A stretch of DNA of 62,153 nucleotides, counting the filler, from Rhabdomonas costata (lineage: Eukaryota): assembly GCA_019059605.1 (NCBI GenBank). It is 22 parts of 22 records of this genome, joined end to end, with 100 filler letters (N's around TTAATTAATTAA, not from the genome) between each part and the next. Parts side by side here need not be neighbours in the genome. Positions count along the whole stretch, not along the records: positions 11,327 to 14,054 come from JAHMHO010002217.1; positions 14,155 to 16,884 come from JAHMHO010002218.1; positions 16,985 to 19,714 come from JAHMHO010002219.1; positions 19,815 to 22,543 come from JAHMHO010002220.1; positions 22,644 to 25,373 come from JAHMHO010002221.1; 17 more parts are not named here. One strand, 5' to 3'. Below are positions 12,203 to 24,301 of the stretch, piece by piece; position 1 is the first letter of the stretch; each line of letters opens with the position of its first letter. Below the pieces are notes generated by a model. It had not been told where the DNA came from. It saw only the letters and a program-made list of their open reading frames with translations, and made no database searches. A program made the translations under genes and the position numbers.

Positions 12203-13869
12203 GGTGGGTCCTATGCCACTTTGCTGCGGATAGCCTTCCTCCTCGAGAGGCTCTGCTTCACCTCGCCATTGCTCATCACGGCTTTCATGTCATCGGCGCT
12301 CTGACCCGCCTGGGCATCCCTGACCTTCTGGGCGGATGCTCACGAACGGCCCCTGCCGTCGCTGTTGCCATCCGCGCCGACACTTCCGCCGTTTTTCGTC
12401 TATTGCGAGCAGCGGTTGCGGTCGGCGTGCTTCAGATAGACCCCAAGTCTGCTTTGACAGCCGCCGCCGAGGACCCTGTGGCAGGCACTTTGTTCACGCT
12501 AACTCAGACGGGCGAGGTGCTGCGTCGAGGCGCCCCAAACTCCATGAGGGCGTTTGCTGTGGGTGAGGGTTCGAGAAGGCGGACGGGTCATGAAAAAAAT
12601 TTGAATTTTCTACATGCCGTTGGATTCATTCACCTGGGGTTTTTGAGGAGAGGGAGAATGCGAGCGAGTGAGAAAGTATTTGACATAGTTCCCGAATATT
12701 CAAAGGTCTACTGGACCTCTTTTTGAAATCCCCATCAGTTGCCACAGGTTTGCGCTAAATGGGCTTATCGTATCTGCGGGGGGGGGGGTTAAAAATTCCT
12801 ACGGATGAAAGTTCCATGTTCACCACGTTCTTGATTGCTTCGCCATTCGAACCCGCACTGCGCTCAACCGTGTCCGAATACACTTCGCCCGCATACCACC
12901 TGCCCTACGGCCTGTTGGATACTGCCGTAAGGACTGGCCGCAGCACCACTCAGCAGGCCCTGGGCAGTGACATCTGGAGCTACTTCCGCAAGGTGCCCGA
13001 AGAGGGGATAATGTTTTCGGAGGCCATGAAGGAACTGTCTTCAACACTGACGACTCCCTTGGTGAACTCCACCTATGACTGGTCAGGAATTCACGTCGTC
13101 GTGGACGTCGGTGGCTCGCAGGTTTTGCCGGCAAAGGAGTGGGGCCAAACAAAAACAAGTCGAACGCCAGCTTCGACCCACTCCCACCTAGTTTTCACAC
13201 TTTCGCAAAACAACTCAACTACACATTCATCCCCCCCCACACACACATTCACTTGCAAAATTCACATTACCCAAACCGTAGCTTGGGAGTGACTATCCCA
13301 CGATCACAGCCGATGGAACAGAGATTTGTTGCAGGGAGAATTTTTCTTTTGTCTTGGAGCAACGCTGCTTGCAATGCACGTGACCCTTACCGTTTTTTGT
13401 GTGGAACTCGCCAGTTGACAACTCTGCTTGCTCGACATTTGCCCCCCACCCTCAAATTCTTGAGACGTTCCTTCAAGCCTTCGTTCCTTTTGACCTTCCG
13501 CATTGCGCAGAGTGGAATCTCGAATGGCAAAACCAACTACCTTGCACTGCATTAACTTAACTTCGATTTGAGCTTCTATGTATCAGTTAGTATTTATACA
13601 TATTTTTTCTTTGTCTTCTGACACTGCCTTTTTCATACTATTTTGTTTTTGTTTGTATGGGCTGGACAGGGGGAATTTCTGGCCCAAGTGCTGCAGAAGG
13701 TGCCCAACGCAACGGGGGTTTTGCTCGATCTTCCTGAGATTAAGGGTGCTGCGGAGGCCTATTTGGAGGCCAGTGGGCTTTCTGAGCGGGTTCAGGTGGT
13801 AGCCGGTGACTTCTTCAAAGAAGTTCCCCGCGGGGACTGTTTCCTGCTGAAGCACGTACTTCACAACTG
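12203..13869 (+). CDS. SAM-dependent O-methyltransferase (Methyltransf_2/COMT-like with dimerisation domain), partial; exons ~12203-12557, ~12866-13121, 13670-13869
   Basis: Dimerisation region LTRLGIPDLL...VFRLLRAAVAVG. SAM motif VVVDVGGSQ|GEFLAQVL. Also VLLDLPE, VAGDFFKEVPRGDCFLLKHVLHNW. Confidence 0.9.
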
Positions 13870-14155
13870 GTGAGCTCTTTGTGCCAGCTGGAAGCTTCGT
13901 AGTTTTTTTATGATAAAGCTGAGACCTTTTTGCAGAACAAAAGCCGTCACAAATCGCCCCCTCTCCTGGCGACGGCAAAAACATTCGAACATTTTGTTGC
14001 TAATTTTCTTTTGAATTCTGAATTCTCCTTCGAGGGCTTATCATCAAAAAACACNNNNNNNNNNNNNNNNNNNNNNNNNNNNNNNNNNNNNNNNNNNNTT
14101 AATTAATTAANNNNNNNNNNNNNNNNNNNNNNNNNNNNNNNNNNNNNNNNNNNNT

Positions 14156-16884
14156 CGTATTTCTCGTTCGTGCGATGACTGCATGCTCGGTCCCATTATG
14201 ATTGTAACGTTTAAGAATCACGCTCTTGACGACATTCTGATGGGATGTCTTGATTTCCTTCCTGGCAACGAACGCTCTCGACTGATCCGGGTTGGAAGCA
14301 GGAGTCAGTGCGAAGCGCTCTCGGAGCATAACCTAAATTCAGTGTGCAGGTTTCACCCTGCCTACTATGAAGTGAAGAAAAAGCTGGAGAAAGCCCGCAA
14401 AGATATTGCAGCAAAGACCAACCTTAAAAACCTTAAAATGAAGAAAGTTCAAGGCTCACGTCCGCGGAGTCCAGGCAGCCAAGGCCCAGCCCCAGCGTGT
14501 GATGACGACGATGAGGACGAAAATGACGAAACAAATGTTGGTTTGCTGAGGCCTAGTTATTCGGATGCCCAGGACCGATCCCTTTTTCAGACTGCGGTTT
14601 CCGTTTGCCCAGATAAGCAATCCGAGAAGTTGCAAAATGATTTTCAAGAGCTGCAGCGTGAACTGTTGCAGATGCGAGATTTTGCTCGAGTTAACACCAT
14701 GCGACAGGCCGCAATTATCGGCTTGACAACCACGGGCTGCGCACAGATCCAGCACCTTCTTCCGAAGATTCGACCTTCAGTGCTGATTGTTGAGGAGTCT
14801 GCGGAAGTTCTTGAGTCTCAGATCGTTGCCTGCCTGCAGGATTCTCTGCAGCAGCTGGTTTTAATCGGAGACCACAAGCAGCTGCAGCCAATGGTTGCCG
14901 TGCAGGCCTTGGCTGATCATAACAATTTATGTTTGTCGCTGTTTGAGAGGCTGGTCAACAACCGTTTTCCCAGGTTCATCCTCCGATATCAACGCCGAAT
15001 GCCCCCCCAGGTGTGCGCGTTGGTCCAGCCATTTTACGAGGAAGACGGCCTTCCTGGAATAGAGAATCATGCCTCCGTTCAGCAGCGAGCGAAATCCGTC
15101 CCCGGACTTCCCAGTAATCTCTTTTTCTGGGACCATACTCTCCCGGAGGAAGCTGGCCTCAATGGGATGAGCAAAAGCCCTGCAAGCCAAGGCGAGGCCT
15201 TGATGGCTGTTCTTCTGCTCAAGCAGCTACTTGAGTGCAAAGTTGCGGCGACGAGCATTACCGTCCTTACACCATACAAGGGCCAAGAGAAGCTCCTTCG
15301 AACGTTTGCCTCGGAAGCTGGGCTACCCACCGAAATTTTCGTGACAACAATTGACCGTTTTCAGGGTGACGAGAACGATTTTATTGTGTTGTGCCTAACC
15401 AGAACTTCGAAAATGACGAACTTTCTGAAAAAGGAGAATCGGTTGTGCGTTGCCCTCAGTCGGGCGCGCCGGGCACTGTTCGTGCTGGGCAGTGCCCAGC
15501 TTCTTCAAAACCCAAAGCTCTGCCCCCACTGGAATCGGGTGGTGAAAGATCTTCAAGCAAAAGGGCTTGTGAGCCCCCACCTACCGCTGCGGTGCCCCCG
15601 GCATACTGGTCATTGCTTTAGCATTGCCCCTCTTTCCCAAGGTGAGCTTCCCATCAAGGACATTAAGGCCACTGTCAAGAATATCTTTGAGGTGTGGAAA
15701 TGTCCCGTTCCCTGTGCAAGCCGATTTGAGAACTGCGCCAATCCCGCTCATATTTGCCAGAAAACCTGCCACTCTGAGCCCCATCTGACGTGTCCTCATC
15801 TTTGCGGGAAAGTCTTGAGTTGTGTTCACAGGTGCCAAAAGAAATGCGGCGAAACATGCGGTTGCACCTTCTCCGAGCTGAAGATCCTTCCGTGTGGCCA
15901 CGAGCAAAAAATCTTCTGCGGTCGCGGCACAACTCCGTGCATGGCAGACACCTTTGTCCCTCGCCCCCACTGTGATCATGTTGCAAAGGTTCCCTGTAGT
16001 AACCAGGAAGTGAGCCTATCTTGTGGCGATTGTGAAAAAGAGCGAATTGACACACAGAGGGATCGTGCTGCGGAGCTGCTGAAGGAGGCCCAGAGTCGAG
16101 CAAGGGATCATTCCAGGCCGGCCTCAGTTGACATCCCACCGTCACATGCAGAGTACAACGAGCTTGTGCGTAAGCTGCGACCCTTTATTCCGGACGAGCT
16201 GGAGACAGAGCAGCAAGTGGTGAAAAAATCGGTAAATCCCAGCTTGGAAGCGGCCTTCTGGGCTTCAGTCAAGAAACTTGGGAATCCCAGGAGAATTGAT
16301 ACGTTGTGTTTTGTTCATCTCAAACCCCAAGCGCTCGAAAAGATACTGAAAGATGGATTCGACCTGAAGCGGGATGGATCAGTTTTCCAGTCTCACCATG
16401 GCATTTTGCTCCACACTACAATGCCCATCCCCGAATCGGGCGCTTCTCATATCCACGCGTTAATCTGCAAGGTTGCAGTTGGCCAGGCGAAGTACATGGA
16501 GCTCAAGGAGATTGATACTGCCACGATTCGGCTGCTGAGAAAATCACATGACAGCTGCGCTCAGCTACCTGATGGGAGGTATGTGGTTTTTCATCGCTCT
16601 CAAGTGCTTCCTGAGGTTCTTATTAGCAGTGCAGTTCGCAGAAAGGCTTTGATTCCGGGTCTTGTCCCCCGCCATTGGACTTCGGGTTCCGGGCTGATTG
16701 ACGTGACAAATGAGATGGCGCCGAAGCTGCTGAACCTTATCAAGGCATCCAGTCACCCCGTATGCAAGGGTGTTGATGGCAAGTCGTGTATTGCTGACCT
16801 TCACATCAAGCAGGTTCTTCGCAACCAGAACCTCACTTTACTAAGCCGTTATCGTCTTCAACAGAGCTCCATTCTCGAAGAGAA
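14156..16884 (+). CDS. ZNFX1-like SF1 (Upf1-family) RNA helicase + NF-X1-type zinc fingers + PARP-like domains; open at both contig ends, no introns
   Basis: Helicase motifs PIMIVTFKNHALD, VLIVEESAEVLE, LIGDHKQLQP, SLFERL, VLTPYKGQ, TIDRFQGDEND, NRLCVALSRAR. Cys/His-rich fingers CQKTCH...CVHRCQKKC...LPCGH. ART-like ILKDGFD...ICKVAVG...YVVFHRSQVLP. Confidence 0.9.
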
Positions 16885-18699
16885 NNNNNNNNNNNNNNNN
16901 NNNNNNNNNNNNNNNNNNNNNNNNNNNNTTAATTAATTAANNNNNNNNNNNNNNNNNNNNNNNNNNNNNNNNNNNNNNNNNNNNTTTTTGTGTTAGATTT
17001 TTTATTTACTAGAAACGGCGAAATGGCATTCTTCTGCTACGCGAAACGCTGTGCCTTCGAAAACTTGTTATAAACTTCTTAATTATCAGTGTCTCTGTGT
17101 TCAGCACCTGGCCGATGGCAAAGTGGAACGGAAAGGGTGCCGGTGCTGCCCGTTTACAAATCCGAAGCAAAGCTCCAAGTGTCGTTTCCGCGAGAAAATA
17201 GCCCCAGCCACCAAGTAAAAAGCGTGGAGTCTCAGAGACACTAGGAGCAATGCAGCAATGCGTGTAGCCGCTGGAAAATAGCAGCTGCGCGACAAAGGCC
17301 CTAGACACGTGGTGCAGAATGGAAGTTACCATATGTGGGATCCGGTACCCACGGCACTGTTTGGTCCAACTGCACTCTAGTAATATTACTCCTTTATATC
17401 ACTCACATAATATTACTCCTTTAGATCGGTTGTTTGTCCAATAGTCAGCTGCGTCACGTTCGCTGTCATCCGGATATAGGCTCAGGGCCGTTTTTGTTCA
17501 CTTCTGACGGCATTGTCAACAGTTCACAGCTAGTGTCACCCCTGTGACATTGTTTACTGCATTTTCCTGTGATTTTAGTCTGAACCATTAGCTTGTTTGT
17601 GCTAGCACTTCATGTTGTGTTGATCTTTGGTTTTTCTTGATTTGTATTTGTGTTTTTATCAGGTCATGATAAACAAAGAGCGTGTCGATATGAATAAGTT
17701 TAAGACAAATTACGAGTCGTTTCTAGTAATGTCTTTATGGGTGTGCAATACCCCAACGCCAGCCCTGACTTTTCACCTAAACCTGAAGTTTTCTAAACAA
17801 ACGTTTTTTGAGAAGCACGTCAGCAGCGTATGTTGTAGACATCCTTGCACACTTATGCATTGCAAAACCACTCCAACATTTTGCAGTTGTTATACAGTAT
17901 TTAGTAAATAGAGAAGTATTTTTAAATTACGCAGCAGTGCGTTGTAGCGCATCCTGAAGTGGAGTATTGCAAATTCATTTGTTTTTGTTGAAATGGAATC
18001 ACGCCTCAGTTTATAACGTTTATGTGAAAACTCAAAGTGACCAGCGTTGAAAAAACCAGTAGATGTGAACAGGTTTCTTAATTATGAATGGAAGTAGTTA
18101 TAACTGCATGATTAAGGGTTTCAAACACTGAAGCTGAAACACGTGCTAATGGTGCCCGAAGTTGATAATTAGATTGTGTTGCACAAGAATGCGTCAGAGT
18201 TTGGACTTGGATTCGACTTTGTCTCATGAATGCACTACGTGCAAATGCATCTTGTCGCATCTTGTCTTGTGTACGTATAGAACGTTGTAATGTGTGAAGA
18301 AGAACTTGCAGTTCACGAGAACAATACGTTGTATACGTTATAAGTGTATTTGTGGGTGCATTATCTGTTGAGATTTGGGGCGACTTGGCGTTGGGTTAGG
18401 TTTATTTGAAATATATCACAGACCGTTACAGATTGTAGAAAATGCGGCGTTACGCTGAATATTTCGCATGTTACAGTGGGGGATCGAATGTTAAAGCGGA
18501 AGCGCTGTCGTGTTGCCATGTCGAATGTACATGTTTGAATGGCATCATCGTGAACTGACAGAAGGCAAATACATCTGGAAGGCCGGTGGAGTTTGCAATA
18601 GTGTACTTTTATTGGAGGCTTGGTGCTCCAATGCGAGTGGATACAGTAAAGCTTCAGGAAGAATGGTGGTCTGAATACTGGATGGACGAGCTACGTGGA

Positions 18700-19300
18700 T
18701 GAAATATTTAAATTTGGCAACATCAGAGTTTCTAGACACAGCAACGTGGCATCATTGACGTATTTGTCATCCAGGAAAAACTTTTGTGATTTACGAGAAG
18801 AAAATCAATTGAAAGTATCACAATTTCAAGCCGCAGTACATTAGTGTCTATCAACCACAGCTACGTTAAAGAGGACTACTTCATAGTTTGTGACATTTTT
18901 AATATCTGCAATGCTGGAGTTCACCAGAAATTAAAGTTTCAGTTAGAACGTAGAAGTAAATCTCAGTGGACGTTGTGACGATGCCAAAAACGGCAGTTTG
19001 GAGTTAGCGGAAATCCTATAGACAATATCGTGAATAGCATTTAACCTGAAAAAGAGTTTATTGATCTCGCGCCGTTACAACAAAACCTCAAAGAACATTG
19101 CAAGTTTGTTTTGGAGAGAGTTGGTTTGTTACCATTGGTTGCCAAAAAGCATTGCTAACGACAGATAAGCGATTTTAATTTAGATATTTATTATTATTGA
19201 TTTGATGAGTTTGGTTGTAAATTTGAGAACGGCGTTGCCGTATTAAACACAAACAAAATTTCATACTTAGATGACTAATCATAGAATGAAGGAAGCGTTC
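18700..19300 (+). pseudogene. Possible heavily decayed hAT-like transposase in an AT-rich contig
   Basis: Stop-riddled frame RKNFCDLREENQLKVSQFQAAVH*CLSTTATLKRTTS*FVTFL loosely resembles the hAT 'TRWLS...L.R' region. Weak. Confidence 0.22.
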
Positions 19301-20324
19301 ACGACGTTAATGGTTGCACACAAAGGAAACGGTAAACAGAGCTTGCATTGCTGGAAAAAATCGCAATTAACAGTTCCACTGTTGCACAAAATACAGTCAG
19401 TTTTAAAATGTTGTAACTGAATTACTGGTTTCACCAGATTTTGGTTGGATCTATCGGAGACCACGGAGCATTTAAAATGTGCCAAAAGAGATCCGGTAAG
19501 ATTAAAAATGAATTAGGAGTGGCAGAATTTGCGCGCTGCGTTTGAAATTGAGAGATCTTCAGCGCATTCCAATCTTATGAGAGCAAATTAAAAGCTTTTT
19601 GTATCGAAGGACCTGCTAATCAACACAAAAAAGCATTACAAGTGGATGTTTTGTGAGCAGCAGTGTTGCTGATCCTAAAGGCAACAGTTGCGTTTACGAT
19701 TGTGAACAACCCCTNNNNNNNNNNNNNNNNNNNNNNNNNNNNNNNNNNNNNNNNNNNNTTAATTAATTAANNNNNNNNNNNNNNNNNNNNNNNNNNNNNN
19801 NNNNNNNNNNNNNNCGGACAGGGGCCCTTCCCGCGCAGACCCTCCCGAAGTGCGGAGGGGCCCCCGTGCCCCCAGAGCGGGGGTTTGTGCATTGCGTGTA
19901 CGACGAGCTTCACTTGCGGCTGCGGCAGCTCAATAAAGCAGTGGCCGCTTCCGCCGCCGCTGCCGCGGAAGGAAAGTTTGACGGGGCGCTGCACGAATCC
20001 GCGGCGCGGCGCAAGCAGAGTGTCTAAAGAGTAGAGGTCAGATGGAATGTACATATGCCTCACCGAAGGAGAGAAATAGCTGAGATGGGCGACCTGCACC
20101 TCCCCACTTTGTGCATAGCCACTCAGTCAAAACTGGTGTTCTGTATGTGATGTTGCCCCCTTGTGGGTAGACCATCAGTCCCAATTTGCCTTCCGAAGGA
20201 TAGTTTTGTACAGTATAAGGAAAGAGAGAGACCTTACTACATTCGATTCCCACACACTGTCTTTCCGTGGTCTCCATAAGAGTTCTGAAAAACGACGTTC
20301 CCGATGTCCTGCGCTCTTCTTCAG

Positions 20325-22403
20325 CTCCGCTTGAATTTGGGGGAGGGCCACCAATTGACCCCTTCCCTCATGCACGCCTTTATTTTCCCTCTGATTCGTG
20401 AGTTACCACTTACCTCGGCGAATCCGGAACCCCCCCCTGGACCATGTCGCCTCACGTTGGAGCGCCACCGTGCTGGGTTGACAGCGTTTCGGAATCGACT
20501 TGCGGGGAGTTCGGCAAAGGCTGAAAGCCACTCAGACGGTTTGTGCCTTGTAACTGTGGTCAGAATCGCCGGTGATTTTCTCATCGACGAATGTTGTGTT
20601 TTTTGGTTGGGGGGTTTTGGTTGCGATCCTTCTCAGAGCTCTCTCCTTCACTGCTCTATCCACGTTCCGAACCACTTCTCAAAATTATGGGCAAATTAAA
20701 GGGCTTTCAAAATGCGTATCATGCTTCCGTTTTCTTTTCTTTTCTTACATGGGGCAGCACTGCTTTACCTGAGCCATTGCACTTCTGTCCGCGTTCTGGA
20801 TTTTGGGTTCTGGTGTTCACGTGGCTGATCTATGATACATTCACCCGACATCGATCAGAAGAGGTCCCACCTTCACTGCCCGTTGTCTAGCCACCAGATC
20901 ACCACATCGTCACCGATGCGGCTGTCCGTAGGAGTTGCTGTTCTTCTCGACGTTTTGTGCCTTTTAGTGTGTCTGCGCCTGCTCCAGTGTCCTCCAGACG
21001 GTTTTGTTTCCGTTGGTTAATTGACGTTCGTCGCCCCGTCCCCCCAGCCGTTTTTTGTTTCCACCGCCCATTGTGTATCCCCTCTTCCGTTTTTCCAGGC
21101 GCACAGAGGAGCGGGTGAGTGCATGTGTGCATGTGCAAGGGCATCTGCGTTTCTTGGGTTGCATCTCAGATGTGACCACGCATCTTCCCGATTTTATGGA
21201 GGGTGGTGGTGTCGTTCAGGGGTCCGGTGATTACGATGCGGCTGTTCACACGGGTATAGATTGCTTCTGAAGAGTCCGTGAAGTTCTCCCATTCAAACCC
21301 TTCGTGTATGCTGCCGGTGCGTGGTGGCGTCCATTTTCTGGGTTTCTCTTTTCATCCTCTCCATCATCTCACTGTCTCTCCTATTTTGCTTTTGCTCACA
21401 TTTGGAACTGCTTTTCCCTGGAGAACCCGGAAAAGCAGAAAAAAGCTACCCCGTGTTAGGAAATTCCATGCTGACGCAGAAAACACTGCATCACTATATC
21501 TCTCACTGATCATGGACTTTGTGCTGGCCAACGCTCAACAATGCACTTGTGCTGTTGAGTTGCTGGGGTTTTGTGCGGAACGGTGAATAAAGTGGCGTGA
21601 GTGAAGGTGACAAGTCACGAACAGTTCTCTTATGTGAGCGTTGGTTTAGTAGAGTTCCTGGTCAACGTTTGGGGACTGATGACTTGAGTCTATCAATCTG
21701 CTGTGCTGGGTGTTTTGCCAGAAAAACGAAGCGGACAGGGAAATTATGGCGCCTGATGTGGCACCATTTTCCCCCTATGGGGGCCCTTGTTTCGCCAGCT
21801 ACTGACGGAGACGGAGACCCGAACGCTTAAGTGTAATACAGTACTTGTAGTGGAGACAGAATGGGCGTAGGGTGACATTTCCGTTTGAAATGCACTTTTT
21901 CGTCACCATTTTGGTTTTCCCCAGCGCTGCCGCGCGGTGATTTGGGCATTCGGTATTTAGGCGCTGCAGAGGTTTGCAGCATTCTCAATGGTATTCGATT
22001 GAAAACGTGGTTGTGGTTACTTTGTGACAGACCTTTTTTCCGGAGTGGGGGAATTCTTTTGTCTCTCTCTCTCTCTTTCTTTTTGATGAAGTGGAGCGAC
22101 GTCCCGCAGCAGCTCCGAACGCGCTCTGCGGCGGCGCAGCGCCGGCTGTTGCGGCAGCTTCTGGGCCCCTTATTTGAGCACACGAAGCCCAAACGGAAAT
22201 CCGATCATAACCGCTCGTCCGCCGCGGCTGGCGCTGCCTCGGAACAAGCTTCGGGGGATGCCCAGGGATCTCAGGGAACTGCTCCGGAATTGAGTGCGGC
22301 CCTGAAGGCTCTGCTGGAGAGCAGTGGGCCGATCACCGCCGTTCTGCTGGATTCGGCGCTGTGCGCTGCGCTGGACCGCAAGTGCCTCCGGTTTAAGGCC
22401 GAG
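20325..22403 (+). CDS. Multi-exon protein of unknown function (partial)
   Basis: Five phase-compatible GT-AG exons: LRLNLGEGH...AESHSD / GVAVLLDVLCLLVCLRLLQCPPD / DVTTHLPDF...AVHT / ALPRGDLGIRYLGAAE / WSDVPQQLR...LDRKCLRFKAE. Confidence 0.55.
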
Positions 22404-22661
22404 GTTTGAAGGGGCACTTTCTGGTCACTTTCAGGACTGCCCGTCGGAATAATTTTCATTTGCATTGATATAAACAAATTTCTGTTTTTTTGTTTTTTGC
22501 CCCTCTCTGGGCTTTTTGGATGGCTTTGGGTTGTTAAGAACCANNNNNNNNNNNNNNNNNNNNNNNNNNNNNNNNNNNNNNNNNNNNTTAATTAATTAAN
22601 NNNNNNNNNNNNNNNNNNNNNNNNNNNNNNNNNNNNNNNNNNNGTGTTTTTTGTTCCTCAG

Positions 22662-23979
22662 GTTGCTCCGCGAGCTGAACAGTCACTGCTTCCCAAGTAC
22701 GTGGCAAATGCTTTTCTTCTTTGGACAGGGACAACTAGGGAAAAAGACTGTTGTGCTGACCGGACAGCTGGGTGGCCTTTGCCTTTTTTGTTTTTGTTAT
22801 CGCTCTCTCTCTCAGGTTGAATTGCGCGCACACACACACACACGTGACCACTGATCTGCTCCATTCCATTTAAATCTACTGGCAGAGCGAAATGTATAAA
22901 AGAATGTCTATTTGCCAGGACATATCTTTTGTATTTTACTCCCTTTTTCCTTGTCAGCGTTTCTGACAGCCGTGCAGCAGTCCAAGGTGATTATGGACTC
23001 AATCGTATGGGCCTTCAAGCACACCGAGAGAAATATCGCTGAGACGGGTGTGCCACAACACCATTGGTGATGTGGAAATGTGGGAATGTATCATCTTGGC
23101 CAGGTGTTTGAGTATCTCTTTATGGTGCCTTCAACGATCTTGATAAAGATGTTGAAAAGTTTGAATGGGAGGAGGCGAAGCGTTCACTCCATTTTGTGTG
23201 AGATTGGAGATTGAGGTTGTCCATTGTTATCTCCAATCCCAACGTCCCAGTGCCATTGTAAAGGGGCTCCCATCTTTGTATGTCGACTGTCAAAATACGC
23301 GCAAGGCCCTTCTGCTTCAGAGATACTTTGTTGTGGAATAAGAGCGTGCTTATCACTCTGCACCCAAGGTCTGACTGTGCTTCACGACTTTCTGAGGAAC
23401 GTCCTGCAGAGCGAAGTGGCGACGCCATTCCACCAGGCCTTCTTCATCTCTCTGGTCAACGACCTTTTTGTGGTGCTCACGGACACTATGCACAAGACAG
23501 GGTTTAAAATGCAATGCCAGGTGTGCATCTTCCCTCCTCCTGCCCCCCGCATATGAATTATGCGAAGGAGGACCTGTATGCAGGAAAGAACCAGCATCCC
23601 GGGATCTATGCTTCGTGCCTTGAGCATCTTTTCCTGCTGCAATGTGCAATGGAACATTACAACTGGCCCTTCAACCCACCCCATCATCTCATTGATCCAG
23701 GGTCCTGCCTTGCTTTTTTTGTTTGGGTTCCCACAGGTCTGTCGCTTTTTTTCTGAGGAGTTTCATCGTCAGCTTAACCTTCCATCCCCAGTCTTTGCCC
23801 CACTCACGAACCCACCCACCTCTCCACCTCACGCAGGTGCTGCAGCACATGATTCAGGTGGTGAGCAGTGGGAGAATCACCGCTCCGCTGTCCACGCAGC
23901 AACCTCCGGGAATGGACAACGGGACCTTTGTGCAACAGTACCTGCTGTCTATGCTTTCAGCCTTCCCTAACCTGACCAG
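22662..23979 (+). CDS. XPO1: Exportin-1 (CRM1) C-terminal region; exons 22662-22696, 22958-23047, 23369-23520, 23837-23979
   Basis: LLRELNSHCFP, MDSIVWAFKHTERNIAETGL, DLFVVLTDTMHKTGFKMQCQVL, LLSMLSAFPNLT. All introns GT-AG and in phase. Confidence 0.93.
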
Positions 23980-24261
23980 GTATATATGTTCCACGGGTGT
24001 TGAGTGTGTGTGTGTTGGATGAAACACCCTATATGAGCAAGCCGCGCGGTATTGTGTGAAGCGCGTGATGTCTTTGCTAGGAAGGGCTTCTGAGGAGGAT
24101 GGGGACGCCAATGAGAGGCAGGGGAGAGTAGCGTGAGGCTGTGAGAAGTAGAGCCGACAGAGAATGGTATGAGCCCCCAGGGGCCCATGTCCTATCGAGG
24201 TTAGGGAGCCCAGGGGGAAGAGAACGTCTTTCCCAGCAAAAGTTGCCGTCGCCAGGTGCGG

Positions 24262-24264
<3 letters not shown>

Positions 24265-24298
<34 letters not shown>
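24265..24298. repeat. (GT)n microsatellite
   Basis: Uninterrupted GT run. Confidence 0.9.

Positions 24299-24301
<3 letters not shown>

Noticed and set aside
17381-17427. 20-bp direct repeat taatattactccttta(t/g)atc with a 7-nt spacer
   Set aside because: Only two copies; a local duplication, not a CRISPR array.
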